Assembly (NCBI GenBank): GCA_900313675.1
Contig: OMSO01000014.1
Coordinates: forward strand, 12,475 to 76,474
Origin: an uncultured Fibrobacter sp.
Lineage (GTDB): Bacteria; Fibrobacterota; Fibrobacteria; Fibrobacterales; Fibrobacteraceae
Length of the DNA stretch: 64,000 nucleotides
Direction: 5' to 3'
Below the pieces are notes generated by a model that saw only the letters and a list, made by a program, of their open reading frames with translations, did no database searches and was not told the origin of the DNA. The translations under genes were made by a program, and so were the position numbers. Within the stretch, counting starts at the first letter, position 1; every line of letters starts with the position of its first letter. Positions 21,779 to 30,770 of the stretch are shown here, piece after piece.

Positions 21779-22693
21779 ATGACCCGTATCGTAAAAAAAG
21801 ATGACAGTTCTGAAGTCCGCCGCGTGACGTGGGTGGGGCTTGGCTGGAACGCCGCCTTGACGGTTCTTAAGTTCCTGGCCGGTTTTTTCGGCGGGTCCCA
21901 GGCCCTGGTGGCAGACGCCATCCACAGTGCCTCTGACTTTGTGACGGACATTGCGGTTATCGTGGGAAGCCATTTCTGGAACTTGCCTCCCGATGCGGAA
22001 CACCCTTACGGGCACAGGCGTTTCGAGACCCTCGTGACCATGGGTATCGGGCTTTCGGTGGCCGCCGTGGGCGTGGGGCTCGGTTACAAGGCGGTCCAGA
22101 CCCTTTTGCAGGGGGAGGGCGCACACCCTGAAACCATAGTGGCGGTGATGGCGCTGGCCTCAATTGTTATCAAGGAAATTCTGTTTCATTATACCCGTGC
22201 CGAAGGTCGCAAGATTCGAAGCCAGGCCCTGGAAGCAAACGCCTGGCACCACCGTAGCGATGCCTTCAGTTCTATCCCGGTGCTTATCGCGGTGGTCATT
22301 TCGCTGGTGTTTCCGCAACTCTGGTTTGCCGATGCGGTGGGTGCTCTGATCGTGGCCTTCTTTGTGCTGCGTTCGGCCTACGAGATTGCTTCTCCGGGGG
22401 CAAGGCAGCTGGTGGACCAGGGGGCAAGCGAACAGGTGGCCAAGAAACTTCTGGAAATCGCCCTCGGGCATTCGAAGGTGATGAGCGTCCACGGGTTCCG
22501 TACCCGCTATGTAGGGAGCGACCTGCATGTGGACCTGCATATCGTGGTGGACGCCCAGATGAGCCTGCTGGAGGCTCACGACGTGGCCGAAGAGGTGGAA
22601 CAACTGCTGATTCAGGCCGGCGAGAACGTGGTGGATGCTTTGGTGCATGTGGACCCCTACGACCCCGCCCGCGCAGACAAGAAGGACGAGTAG
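21779..22693 (+). CDS. Cation diffusion facilitator transporter
   Basis: ADAIHSASD, HPYGHRRFE, HHRSDA, C-terminal dimerisation domain. Confidence 0.93.
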   Translation: MTRIVKKDDSSEVRRVTWVGLGWNAALTVLKFLAGFFGGSQALVADAIHSASDFVTDIAVIVGSHFWNLPPDAEHPYGHRRFETLVTMGIGLSVAAVGVGLGYKAVQTLLQGEGAHPETIVAVMALASIVIKEILFHYTRAEGRKIRSQALEANAWHHRSDAFSSIPVLIAVVISLVFPQLWFADAVGALIVAFFVLRSAYEIASPGARQLVDQGASEQVAKKLLEIALGHSKVMSVHGFRTRYVGSDLHVDLHIVVDAQMSLLEAHDVAEEVEQLLIQAGENVVDALVHVDPYDPARADKKDE

Positions 22694-22696
22694 TCC

Positions 22697-23623
22697 ATGA
22701 AAGCAATCCTTGTAGGCAACGGAACCATGGGCGGCCGCCATCGTGGCCGTTTCGAAGCCTGCGGTGTCTCTTTCGCGGGTGTTGCCGACAACGATGCCGA
22801 ATTTGAAAAGATTACAGATAAAATAAATTTTGCGGATGGCGCACAGACTGTGGATTTTGCGGTCATTGCGTCCCCGGCCACGACCCACTACCGCTACGCA
22901 AAATTCTTTCTGGAAAGGCATATCCCCGTCTTTGTGGAAAAACCCCTGGCCACTACCGCCGAACAGGCCCAAGAACTGGTGGACATGGCTACGGCGTCGG
23001 GGACGGTTCTTTTTGTAGCTCAGTCGGAATGTTTCAATCCCATCTTCCTCAATTTCCGCAAGCACTTTTTGGCGGAACTGAACGAACGGTGCGCCGATGT
23101 TACGGACGGGCATGCTGGCAGTGCGGCAGATTGTGAACCGTGTCGGGGCGTGCATCTGGAATTTAGGCGCGAACACCGGTATTCCAGCCGCTGTCGCGAT
23201 GTAAGCGTGATGCTGGACTTACTTGTTCACGACTTGAGCATGTTTCTTACCATGTTTCCCTATGGCGATGTCCGTGTTGAAAGCAGGAATGAATCGCCCG
23301 ACGGAAACTACGCCCAGGCGAAACTGAAGGTGGTGAGCGGGCCTTTCGCCGGAGCCTCTGCGGATTTTGTCGTTGACCGTGAAAGTGCTACGGATCTTCG
23401 AAACATCACGGTGAATTTTGCCCGGAATGGCGAATTGCCGTCATCGAACTATACGGTAAGCCTTGCCCGGTACACGCCGGAAGGCGAAATCGCCCACGTT
23501 CCCGATTCCCTGGACAACGAACACCGGTTCTTCTTGAAATTGCTTGCTGGTGCTTGCGGGGAGTGGGGCAGGCGTGCCGCCCAGAACGCCGCGGATTGCG
23601 TTAAGTTCGCAACAGTAAAATAA
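22697..23623 (+). CDS. Gfo/Idh/MocA oxidoreductase
   Basis: VGNGTMG Rossmann motif, VEKPLA, DLLVHD. Confidence 0.85.
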   Translation: MKAILVGNGTMGGRHRGRFEACGVSFAGVADNDAEFEKITDKINFADGAQTVDFAVIASPATTHYRYAKFFLERHIPVFVEKPLATTAEQAQELVDMATASGTVLFVAQSECFNPIFLNFRKHFLAELNERCADVTDGHAGSAADCEPCRGVHLEFRREHRYSSRCRDVSVMLDLLVHDLSMFLTMFPYGDVRVESRNESPDGNYAQAKLKVVSGPFAGASADFVVDRESATDLRNITVNFARNGELPSSNYTVSLARYTPEGEIAHVPDSLDNEHRFFLKLLAGACGEWGRRAAQNAADCVKFATVK

Positions 23624-23631
23624 AAGAGCGC

Positions 23632-23663
23632 AAAAAAATCCCGCGAACCATCGCGGGACTTTT
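23632..23663. terminator. Bidirectional terminator
   Basis: AAAAAAATCCCGCGA-ACCA-TCGCGGGACTTTT. Confidence 0.75.
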
Positions 23664-23675
23664 GATATTCTTGTC

Positions 23676-23711
23676 TGGATCCTTCGGGCACTTCGCACCC
23701 CCAGGATGACG
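23676..23711 (-). repeat. GTCATCC-type REP (reverse)
   Basis: CTGGATCCTTCGGGCACTTCGCACCCCCAGGATGAC. Confidence 0.65.
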
Positions 23712-23787
23712 CTAGACCTGCATTTTTTTGCCGGTCCGACCAGCGCCACTCACACCTCAAAGGCGCGGAGCGCCGACCTCGAACCTC

Positions 23788-26262
23788 TTACAGCTTGATG
23801 CTGCAGGCCTTGGCGTTCCAGATTTCTTCGGCGTACTGCTTGATGGTACGGTCGGAGCTGAACTTGCCCATACGAGCCACGTTGAGGATTGCCTTTTCGG
23901 CCCAGGCCTTCTTGTTCTGGTATTCCTTCGCCACCTTGGCCTGCATATCTACGTAGCTGCGGAAGTCGGCGCAGAGCATGTAGGGGTCGTGGGTCAGGAG
24001 TTTGTCTGCAATGTGCTTGAACAGTTCCGGACGGTCGGGGCTGAAGAAGCCAGAACCGATCAGGTCGATGACGCGGCGCAGGTCGTCGTCCTTCTCGTAG
24101 AAGTCGCGGGGGCGATAGCCCTTGGCCAGCAGGTCGGTCACTTCTTCAACGGTGAGGCCGAAGATGAAGATGTTCTCGTCGCCCACTTCTTCCTTCATTT
24201 CCACGTTGGCGCCGTCCAGCGTACCGATGGTGAGCGCACCGTTCAGGGCGAACTTCATGTTGCCGGTACCGGAAGCTTCAGTGCCCGCAGTAGAAATCTG
24301 TTCGGAAAGGTCTGCTGCCGGAATGATCTTCTCGGCGAAGGACACGCGGTAGTTCTCCAGGAACACCATCTTCAGCTTGCCCTTGCAGACCGGGTCGGCG
24401 TCGATGATGGCGGCCACGGCGTTGGCAAGACGGATAATCTGCTTGGCCATCCAGTAACCGGGAGCGGACTTACCGCCGATCATGATGGTGCGGGGCATGA
24501 TTTCCTTGCCGTCCTTCAGCTGGATATACAGGTGGATGGCATGCAAGATGTTCAGGAGCTGGCGCTTGTATTCGTGAATGCGCTTCACCTGCACGTCGAA
24601 GAAGGTGTTCACGTCTACGTCCACGCCCTGAGTTTCCTTCAGGTACTTGGCCAGGCGTTCCTTGTTCTGCTTCTTGACGGCCATGAATTCCTTCTGGAAG
24701 GCGGCGTCCTTGGCGAACTTTTCCAGCTTGCGCAGGTCGTCCAGATTCTTGACCCAGCTGTCACCGATCTTCTTGGTGATGATTTCGGACATGGCGGGGT
24801 TGGCCTTGCGGACCCAGCGACGGGGTGTGACGCCGTTGGTCTTGTTGTTGAACTTTTCGGGCCACAGTTCGTAGAAGTCCTTGAAGAGGGTGGTCTTCAG
24901 AAGGTCGCTGTGGAGGGCGGCCACGCCGTTCACGGCAAAGGAACCCACGATGGAGAGGTAGGCCATACGGACCATCTTGCAGCCGCCTTCTTCGATAAGG
25001 CTCATGCGGGCGAGGCGGTCGTTGTCGCCGGGCCACTTCATGCTGACCATGCGGAGGAACCGGGCGTTGATTTCGTAGATGATCTGCAGGTGGCGGGGCA
25101 GCAAGTTCTCGAACAGGCTGACGGGCCACTTTTCCAGAGCTTCCGGCATCAGGGTGTGGTTCGTGTAGGCGAAGGTGTGGGTCACAATGTCCCAGGCCTC
25201 GTCCCATTCCAGACCTTCGATGTCCAGGAGGATACGCATCATTTCGGCGATAGAAATTGCCGGGTGGGTGTCGTTCAGCTGGATCGCCACCTTCTCGGGG
25301 AACTTCTTCCAGTCGTTCTTGTGGAGCTTCTTGAAACGCTTGATGATATCCTGCAGGGAGGCGGAGCACAGGAAGTACTGCTGCTTCAGGCGCAGTTCCT
25401 TGCCGTTCATGGAGGAATCGTTGGGGTACAGCACCTTGGAGATGGTCTCGGAAAGTTCCATGTCCTGCACGGCGGCGATGTAGTCGCCGTTGTTGAAGTA
25501 GGAGAGGCCGAAGTCGTCGGTGGACTTCGCGCTCCAGAGACGCAGGTTGTTCACGGTGTTGTTCTTGTAGCCCGGAATCGGAGTGTCGTACGGCAGGGCC
25601 AGCACGTAGTCCTTGGTTTCCCAGCGGTTGCGGAGCTTGCCGTTCTCGTCGGTCCAGCTCACCACGTAGCCGTAGAAAGGCACCTTGATGGCGTTGGCCG
25701 GGCGGGCGATTTCCCAGGGGTTCGGCAGGCGCAGCCAGTTGTCGGGCTGTTCTTCCTGCTCGCCGTTCACGATCTTCTGGCTGAACATACCGTATTCGTA
25801 GCGGATGCCCATACCGGTGGCGGGCAGTTCCAGAGTGGCCATGGAATCCAGGAAGCAGGCTGCCAGGCGGCCGAGGCCACCGTTACCCAGACCTGCATCC
25901 ACTTCCTGCTCGCGGAGTTCTTCCAGGGTCATGCCCAGTTCGTCCAGGGCTTCTACCACGGCCTGTTCCACATCCAGGTTCAGCACGGAGTTGCCGAGGG
26001 TACGGCCAATCAAGAATTCCAGGGACAGGTAATAGACGCGCTTCACGTCTTTCTGGTAGTAAGTCTCCTGGGTCTTGATCCAGCGGTCCACCAGACGGTC
26101 GCGCACGGCGTAAGCCACGGCCAGGAACTTCTCATGGTCGGTGACGGTGTCCATGCTGCGGGCCAGCGTGTGGTTGATATGGTCGGTGAACGCCTTGCGG
26201 AAGGATTCCGCGTCGGTTCCGAGAACCGGGGCTTCTACAGCCTTCTTAGATGCTTTTGCCAT
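23788..26262 (-). CDS. glgP: Glycogen/alpha-glucan phosphorylase
   Basis: GLGNGGLGRLAACF, KRIHEYKRQ, EASGTGNMK (PLP lysine). Confidence 0.96.
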   Translation of the reverse strand: MAKASKKAVEAPVLGTDAESFRKAFTDHINHTLARSMDTVTDHEKFLAVAYAVRDRLVDRWIKTQETYYQKDVKRVYYLSLEFLIGRTLGNSVLNLDVEQAVVEALDELGMTLEELREQEVDAGLGNGGLGRLAACFLDSMATLELPATGMGIRYEYGMFSQKIVNGEQEEQPDNWLRLPNPWEIARPANAIKVPFYGYVVSWTDENGKLRNRWETKDYVLALPYDTPIPGYKNNTVNNLRLWSAKSTDDFGLSYFNNGDYIAAVQDMELSETISKVLYPNDSSMNGKELRLKQQYFLCSASLQDIIKRFKKLHKNDWKKFPEKVAIQLNDTHPAISIAEMMRILLDIEGLEWDEAWDIVTHTFAYTNHTLMPEALEKWPVSLFENLLPRHLQIIYEINARFLRMVSMKWPGDNDRLARMSLIEEGGCKMVRMAYLSIVGSFAVNGVAALHSDLLKTTLFKDFYELWPEKFNNKTNGVTPRRWVRKANPAMSEIITKKIGDSWVKNLDDLRKLEKFAKDAAFQKEFMAVKKQNKERLAKYLKETQGVDVDVNTFFDVQVKRIHEYKRQLLNILHAIHLYIQLKDGKEIMPRTIMIGGKSAPGYWMAKQIIRLANAVAAIIDADPVCKGKLKMVFLENYRVSFAEKIIPAADLSEQISTAGTEASGTGNMKFALNGALTIGTLDGANVEMKEEVGDENIFIFGLTVEEVTDLLAKGYRPRDFYEKDDDLRRVIDLIGSGFFSPDRPELFKHIADKLLTHDPYMLCADFRSYVDMQAKVAKEYQNKKAWAEKAILNVARMGKFSSDRTIKQYAEEIWNAKACSIKL

Positions 26263-26511
26263 AAAATTAAGCCTATGGTTTTAGGGTTGAAAATTCACGA
26301 GGGAAAATTTAGAAATCTTTGCCTGGATATGGGCGGGCCCCGCTTCGCGGGTCGGGCCCTTGCGCTATAAAAAGCCCTAATGTTCGCCCTGCTCACCGGC
26401 CTTTTTTGCGTTCAAAAGGGGCACATGCCCCTTTCGAATGGCACAGCCACTTCACGCCCTCCCGCAAAAGCAAGAAAAAATTAAATTAGGGAAAAGGTCA
26501 GTGAGGAAAAA

Positions 26512-27477
26512 ATGAAATCCAAATTTTTGAATTTTGTATGTGCAATAGCACTTTCTTCTTACATGATGGGTTGTAGCGACGAAGCATCAGCTTCGAATCC
26601 TGGAACCGCCGAACAAGAAGAGTCTATGTCGTCTGCCGATGCGGGTGATTTGACCAACTCTTCAGATAGCCCCGCGCCTTCTAGTTCTGGTGCCGAGTCT
26701 CAGGACAATCCCGGTTCTGCGACAGCTCCAGAAGTTCTGGCTCCTGACGCAGACGGTTTCTATGATATGGAAGATGTTTACAAATTGACTCCTACGACAA
26801 GTAAGATTGCTTTTGTTATCCGTCATTCCAAGCGCGAAAAAAGTTTGGGGCAAGAATCACAACTCACACCCATTGGAATACAAATGGCGCAAACTTTAGG
26901 TGCCAAGCTTGCAAGTGAAGAATCTTTCTATTATGCGTCCACTGATTTTATAAGAACCCGAGAAACCTGCACGAATATTGCAAAGGGTCGTGGCGAAGAA
27001 AATGTGGAAGTAGTGACTTGGGATGGCATTAATGGTGGATATTTCTTAACAGTGCCTAGCGACACATTGGATGCTTTGGTTTCGTCTATTGGAGGCAACC
27101 AAACCTTTATTGCTCAGTATGCCTATGGTAAGACTTTTACGAATCCTCACTATGGAGAACTTTTGACGAGCTACTTTTACGATTTCTTTGAACGGGGAAA
27201 TCAGTTCATAAACGAGGTGATTGTTCCTAATATGCCTTCATGGAAACGCGTGAGTATATTGGTAAGCCATGACATGCTTGTTGAGCCTCTTATAGTTTAT
27301 GTATCCAATAGAACTATAGATTTGAAAATATATGAAGGAAACCATCGTTGGGTAAATTACCTATCAGGGATAGCAGTAATTGTCGATGAAGCGGGTGCGG
27401 TAACAACTCTTCCTGTTCGTGGTGATTCTGTTGGCTGGATGGTCCCGAGGGAAGAGGTGGACGAAAGCGTTAAATGA
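26512..27477 (+). CDS. Lipoprotein, histidine-phosphatase-like
   Basis: Lipobox MMGC, Ser-rich linker, FVIRHS, RTRET, VSHD motifs. Confidence 0.75.
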   Translation: MKSKFLNFVCAIALSSYMMGCSDEASASNPGTAEQEESMSSADAGDLTNSSDSPAPSSSGAESQDNPGSATAPEVLAPDADGFYDMEDVYKLTPTTSKIAFVIRHSKREKSLGQESQLTPIGIQMAQTLGAKLASEESFYYASTDFIRTRETCTNIAKGRGEENVEVVTWDGINGGYFLTVPSDTLDALVSSIGGNQTFIAQYAYGKTFTNPHYGELLTSYFYDFFERGNQFINEVIVPNMPSWKRVSILVSHDMLVEPLIVYVSNRTIDLKIYEGNHRWVNYLSGIAVIVDEAGAVTTLPVRGDSVGWMVPREEVDESVK

Positions 27478-28199
27478 AAGTCGCACTTCTTGGTTCCACC
27501 GGACTGGTGGGGAAAAACGTCTTGAGCCTGCTTGCACGGCTTTCGCAGGTAGTGTATGTCTATTGCCCGGTGCGAACCGTGCCAGATTTACAAGCTCTTG
27601 GAATAACCAAGGGAGTTTCCAAGATACACTTTGAACCGGTAGATTTTGAACAAGTGAGCGGAACCTACCGTCAGGTCCTTATGGCTGGATTTCTCGGCTG
27701 CGACGCTGTTATATGCTGCCTCGGCACGACTAAAAAGCAGGCGGGCAGCAAAGTTGCACAAGAAAAAGTGGATGTTCGGCTTCCTCTTTCGCTGGCGGCC
27801 ATCGCCAAAAGCGCAGGGGTCAAGAATTTTCTGTGCGTCAGCGCCCAGGGGGCAGACAGCCATTCGCCTTTCTTCTACAACCGTCTCAAGGGCATGCTGG
27901 AAGAAGGGTTGACTATGATGGGTTTTGAAAGCCTTACCCTGGTGCGTCCCTCCCTGCTTTTAGGCAAGCACAAGGACAAGCGCTTTGGCGAAGAACTTCT
28001 GCAAAAGACCATCGGAGCCCATCCGGAATGGATCCCGGCCTACGTGCGGCCGGTTCACGCCGAAACCGTAGCCGCCCATCTGGTAGCATCCCTCTTGAAA
28101 CCGCCTACGGATCATGTCTGCGCTACCGACGGCGTCAAGGGCAAGCGAATCATCTACAACCGCGTCCTCGCCCTGACGAAGGTGGACGAACTTTTTTAA
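27474..28199 (+). CDS. NAD(P)-binding oxidoreductase (TIP30/CC3-like)
   Basis: GSTGLVG, CCLGTT, Y.RLKG, RPSLLLG. Confidence 0.85.
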   Translation: MKVALLGSTGLVGKNVLSLLARLSQVVYVYCPVRTVPDLQALGITKGVSKIHFEPVDFEQVSGTYRQVLMAGFLGCDAVICCLGTTKKQAGSKVAQEKVDVRLPLSLAAIAKSAGVKNFLCVSAQGADSHSPFFYNRLKGMLEEGLTMMGFESLTLVRPSLLLGKHKDKRFGEELLQKTIGAHPEWIPAYVRPVHAETVAAHLVASLLKPPTDHVCATDGVKGKRIIYNRVLALTKVDELF

Positions 28200-28217
28200 A
28201 GACGTCCGATAAAAATT

Positions 28218-29411
28218 TTACCCTTCTAGCTTGTTCTTCAAGTAATGCCTTGAAGTCCAGGCGAAGTAGAGGATATCCGCAATCACCAGCGCCACGGCGC
28301 AGGCCAAGAATACGGGCTGGTGGTTTCCGAAATGCTCCGCCATGGATCCGCCCGCCAAAATACCTGCCCCAATGCCGATATCCCAGCCGGAGAGGTAGGT
28401 GCTGTTGGCCGTGCCCCGCTGGTCGTGGCGTGCCAGGTTCACGCACATGGTCTGGTAACCCGGGAAAATAAGCCCGAGGCTCGTGCCTATCAGGAATGCC
28501 GCCACAAAGAAGGTGATGGGGGAGTGGCTGAAGGCCAAGATAAAGTAGGCCACCACGTTCAGGGTCATGCCCGTACCCACCAGGTGAATCAAGTAACCCT
28601 TGTCGATGAGCCGCCCCGTCATCACCCGGTTCAAAATAAGACCCGCCGCAATCAGGGCGTAGAACCAGCCGGAGCCGCCGATGCCCAGTTCCTGGGCGTA
28701 GAGCGCAATGTAGTTGGTCACGGGCCCGTAGGCAAAGCCCACGAAGATAAAGTTTGCAAACTGCGGGACGGCGCGGGTCAAGAAAAACCGGTCCAGCGAA
28801 AGGGGCGCGTGGGGCTTTTTCTCCTTGCGGGGAACGTTTAAAGTCTGCACCAGGACAAGGCCGATGACGCACAATGCGATGGAAATGATAAACACGATGG
28901 TGTCGCCGAAGGCTTCGTACAGGAACATGCCGGTCATGGGGCCTGTGGCGAAAGCCAGGTTCACGCTGATGCCGAAGTAGCCGATACCTTCGCCGCGACG
29001 GCTCGCGGGCAGGGCGTCGATGGCCACGGTGTTGCTCGCCGTGCTGGAAATCCCGAAGAAAAGTCCGTGGGCAAAACGCACAGCGGCAAGGATGGGCAAG
29101 AAGGCCACCGTCTTGTAGCCCAGGAAGCACGCGGTAAAGGCGAAGAACGTCCAGAAATACAGCGGCTTACGGCTGAGGGTATCCACCAAAAATCCGGCGA
29201 AGGGCCTGCAGGCCAATGCCCCGATGGTGTAAAGCGAGATGATGAAACCTGCGGTGGCGTTGTCGGTCTGGAACCTCTCGATAATGTAGAGGGGCAGAAT
29301 CGGCAGCAACTGGTAAAAACTGAAAAACAGCAGAAAGTTTGCGGCGGCCACCGTCACGAAGTTCCGGGTCCAAAGCGCGGGCTTTTGTGCTGTTGATATT
29401 TCTGCGGGCAT
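28218..29411 (-). CDS. MFS transporter
   Basis: About 12 TMs; G.L.D..RK motifs in both halves. Confidence 0.9.
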   Translation of the reverse strand: MPAEISTAQKPALWTRNFVTVAAANFLLFFSFYQLLPILPLYIIERFQTDNATAGFIISLYTIGALACRPFAGFLVDTLSRKPLYFWTFFAFTACFLGYKTVAFLPILAAVRFAHGLFFGISSTASNTVAIDALPASRRGEGIGYFGISVNLAFATGPMTGMFLYEAFGDTIVFIISIALCVIGLVLVQTLNVPRKEKKPHAPLSLDRFFLTRAVPQFANFIFVGFAYGPVTNYIALYAQELGIGGSGWFYALIAAGLILNRVMTGRLIDKGYLIHLVGTGMTLNVVAYFILAFSHSPITFFVAAFLIGTSLGLIFPGYQTMCVNLARHDQRGTANSTYLSGWDIGIGAGILAGGSMAEHFGNHQPVFLACAVALVIADILYFAWTSRHYLKNKLEG

Positions 29412-29423
29412 CATTCTTCCTCA

Positions 29424-29488
29424 ATGTGTAATGTGAAATGTGTAGTGTTTAATTCCTCATTTCACATTTCACACTTCACACTTCACAT
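29424..29488. repeat. Inverted pair of 7-bp TGTG/CACA arrays
   Basis: ATGTGTA ATGTGAA ATGTGTA ... TTTCACA TTTCACA CTTCACA CTTCACA. Confidence 0.7.
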
Positions 29489-29489
29489 T

Positions 29490-30650
29490 TTATTTCCTCT
29501 CCAGCATCACGATGGTTTCCAGGTGCGGCGTTCCGGGGAACAGGTCCAGGGGCTGCACTTCACGCACGCGGTAGCCGTAACGTTCCCATTCCTTCAGGGA
29601 GGCGGGAATCTCGTCGGTGCCGCAGAACACGTGGGCGATGCGTATTGGCTTTCGCATGGCAAGGGCGTGAATCACGCCGGGTTCGCAGCCCTTTCGGGGC
29701 GGGTCCAGCAGAATTTTCTCCGGTTCGTTCGGCACGGGTCGCGGAAGCCTTGTCTGCACGAACTCTTCGTCAATCTTTCCGGCGATAAAGCGGTACGGTT
29801 TTTTGAGGTGTCTGGCCGAAGCCTTCGCGCAGTCGATGGAAGGGCCTTCCCATTCCACGCCCAGAACGTCCTTGGCGGCTTCGCCCAGGGCAAAACTGAA
29901 CAGGCCGTAACCGCAGAACAGGTCCAGAAAGTGGTCTTCTTTACCGAGGCTGAGCAGGCGGCTCGCCGCCTTGATCAGGTTGTGAATCTGGCTTTCGTTA
30001 ATCTGGCTGAAACCGGTCACGGGGTAGCGGAGGCTGAACTTGCCGAGAGGGAGCGAAAGTTCCCGCGGGCCGTAAAGCTGCTTGAAGTTCAGGCCTTCGG
30101 TAGGGCGCTTGGATTCCAGGTAGTAATCCGACTCGGTGGTATCTACGTAGGCATGAGCCGCCGTCACGTGGAAGGGCGATTTCTGCAGGGCGTCGGCAAT
30201 CAGCTTCAGCTTGCGCACGATGCTGGCGTCAACCTTCTTGATGTTGAAAATCACCACCCGGTACTGGTAGGTGCCGCGAATGATAATCCAGTTCAGGGCG
30301 TAGGCCAGGGGCTTGTAGGCCGGCGTAATCAACTTTTCAAACAGAAAGTCATAAATACGGTTGTGTTCGTCGGGCTCCAGCAGGGAATCCTGACGGTCGA
30401 ACTGCAGGTTGCCCGGTTCCATGTACACGCGCCTCTTGCTGGTGGTACGGTAGCTGCGGGGCATGGGGCTGGCCACCAACTTCTGGGGGTTGCCGGCCAG
30501 GCGGTTCACGTCCCAGAATTCCCGGATGGCGGCATCCTTGACGCGGAGCTCGTCCTTGTAGTCCAGCATGGCAAGGGATTCCCCGCGGAGGGAATCGGCT
30601 TCGCGGGTGTAGTTCGGAATCTGGTGGGCAATGGCTTGTTCGAATAGCAT
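29490..30650 (-). CDS. TrmA/RlmD-family RNA (uracil-5) methyltransferase
   Basis: FSQIN, DLFCGYG, DPPRKG, VFC, DLFPGTPHLE; no TRAM domain seen. Confidence 0.85.
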   Translation of the reverse strand: MLFEQAIAHQIPNYTREADSLRGESLAMLDYKDELRVKDAAIREFWDVNRLAGNPQKLVASPMPRSYRTTSKRRVYMEPGNLQFDRQDSLLEPDEHNRIYDFLFEKLITPAYKPLAYALNWIIIRGTYQYRVVIFNIKKVDASIVRKLKLIADALQKSPFHVTAAHAYVDTTESDYYLESKRPTEGLNFKQLYGPRELSLPLGKFSLRYPVTGFSQINESQIHNLIKAASRLLSLGKEDHFLDLFCGYGLFSFALGEAAKDVLGVEWEGPSIDCAKASARHLKKPYRFIAGKIDEEFVQTRLPRPVPNEPEKILLDPPRKGCEPGVIHALAMRKPIRIAHVFCGTDEIPASLKEWERYGYRVREVQPLDLFPGTPHLETIVMLERK

Positions 30651-30770
30651 GGGGTAGGGGCTAGGATTTAGGGGTTAGGAGCTAGGACTTCGGAACGCAA
30701 ATCTAGAAAATTAAATGAATGAAAAAAAGGCGGACTTGCGTCCGCCCCATTGAGTTACTTGGTCGTTATC

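Noticed and set aside
23728-26370. 880-aa antisense ORF
   Set aside because: Mirror frame of glgP; no independent coding signal.
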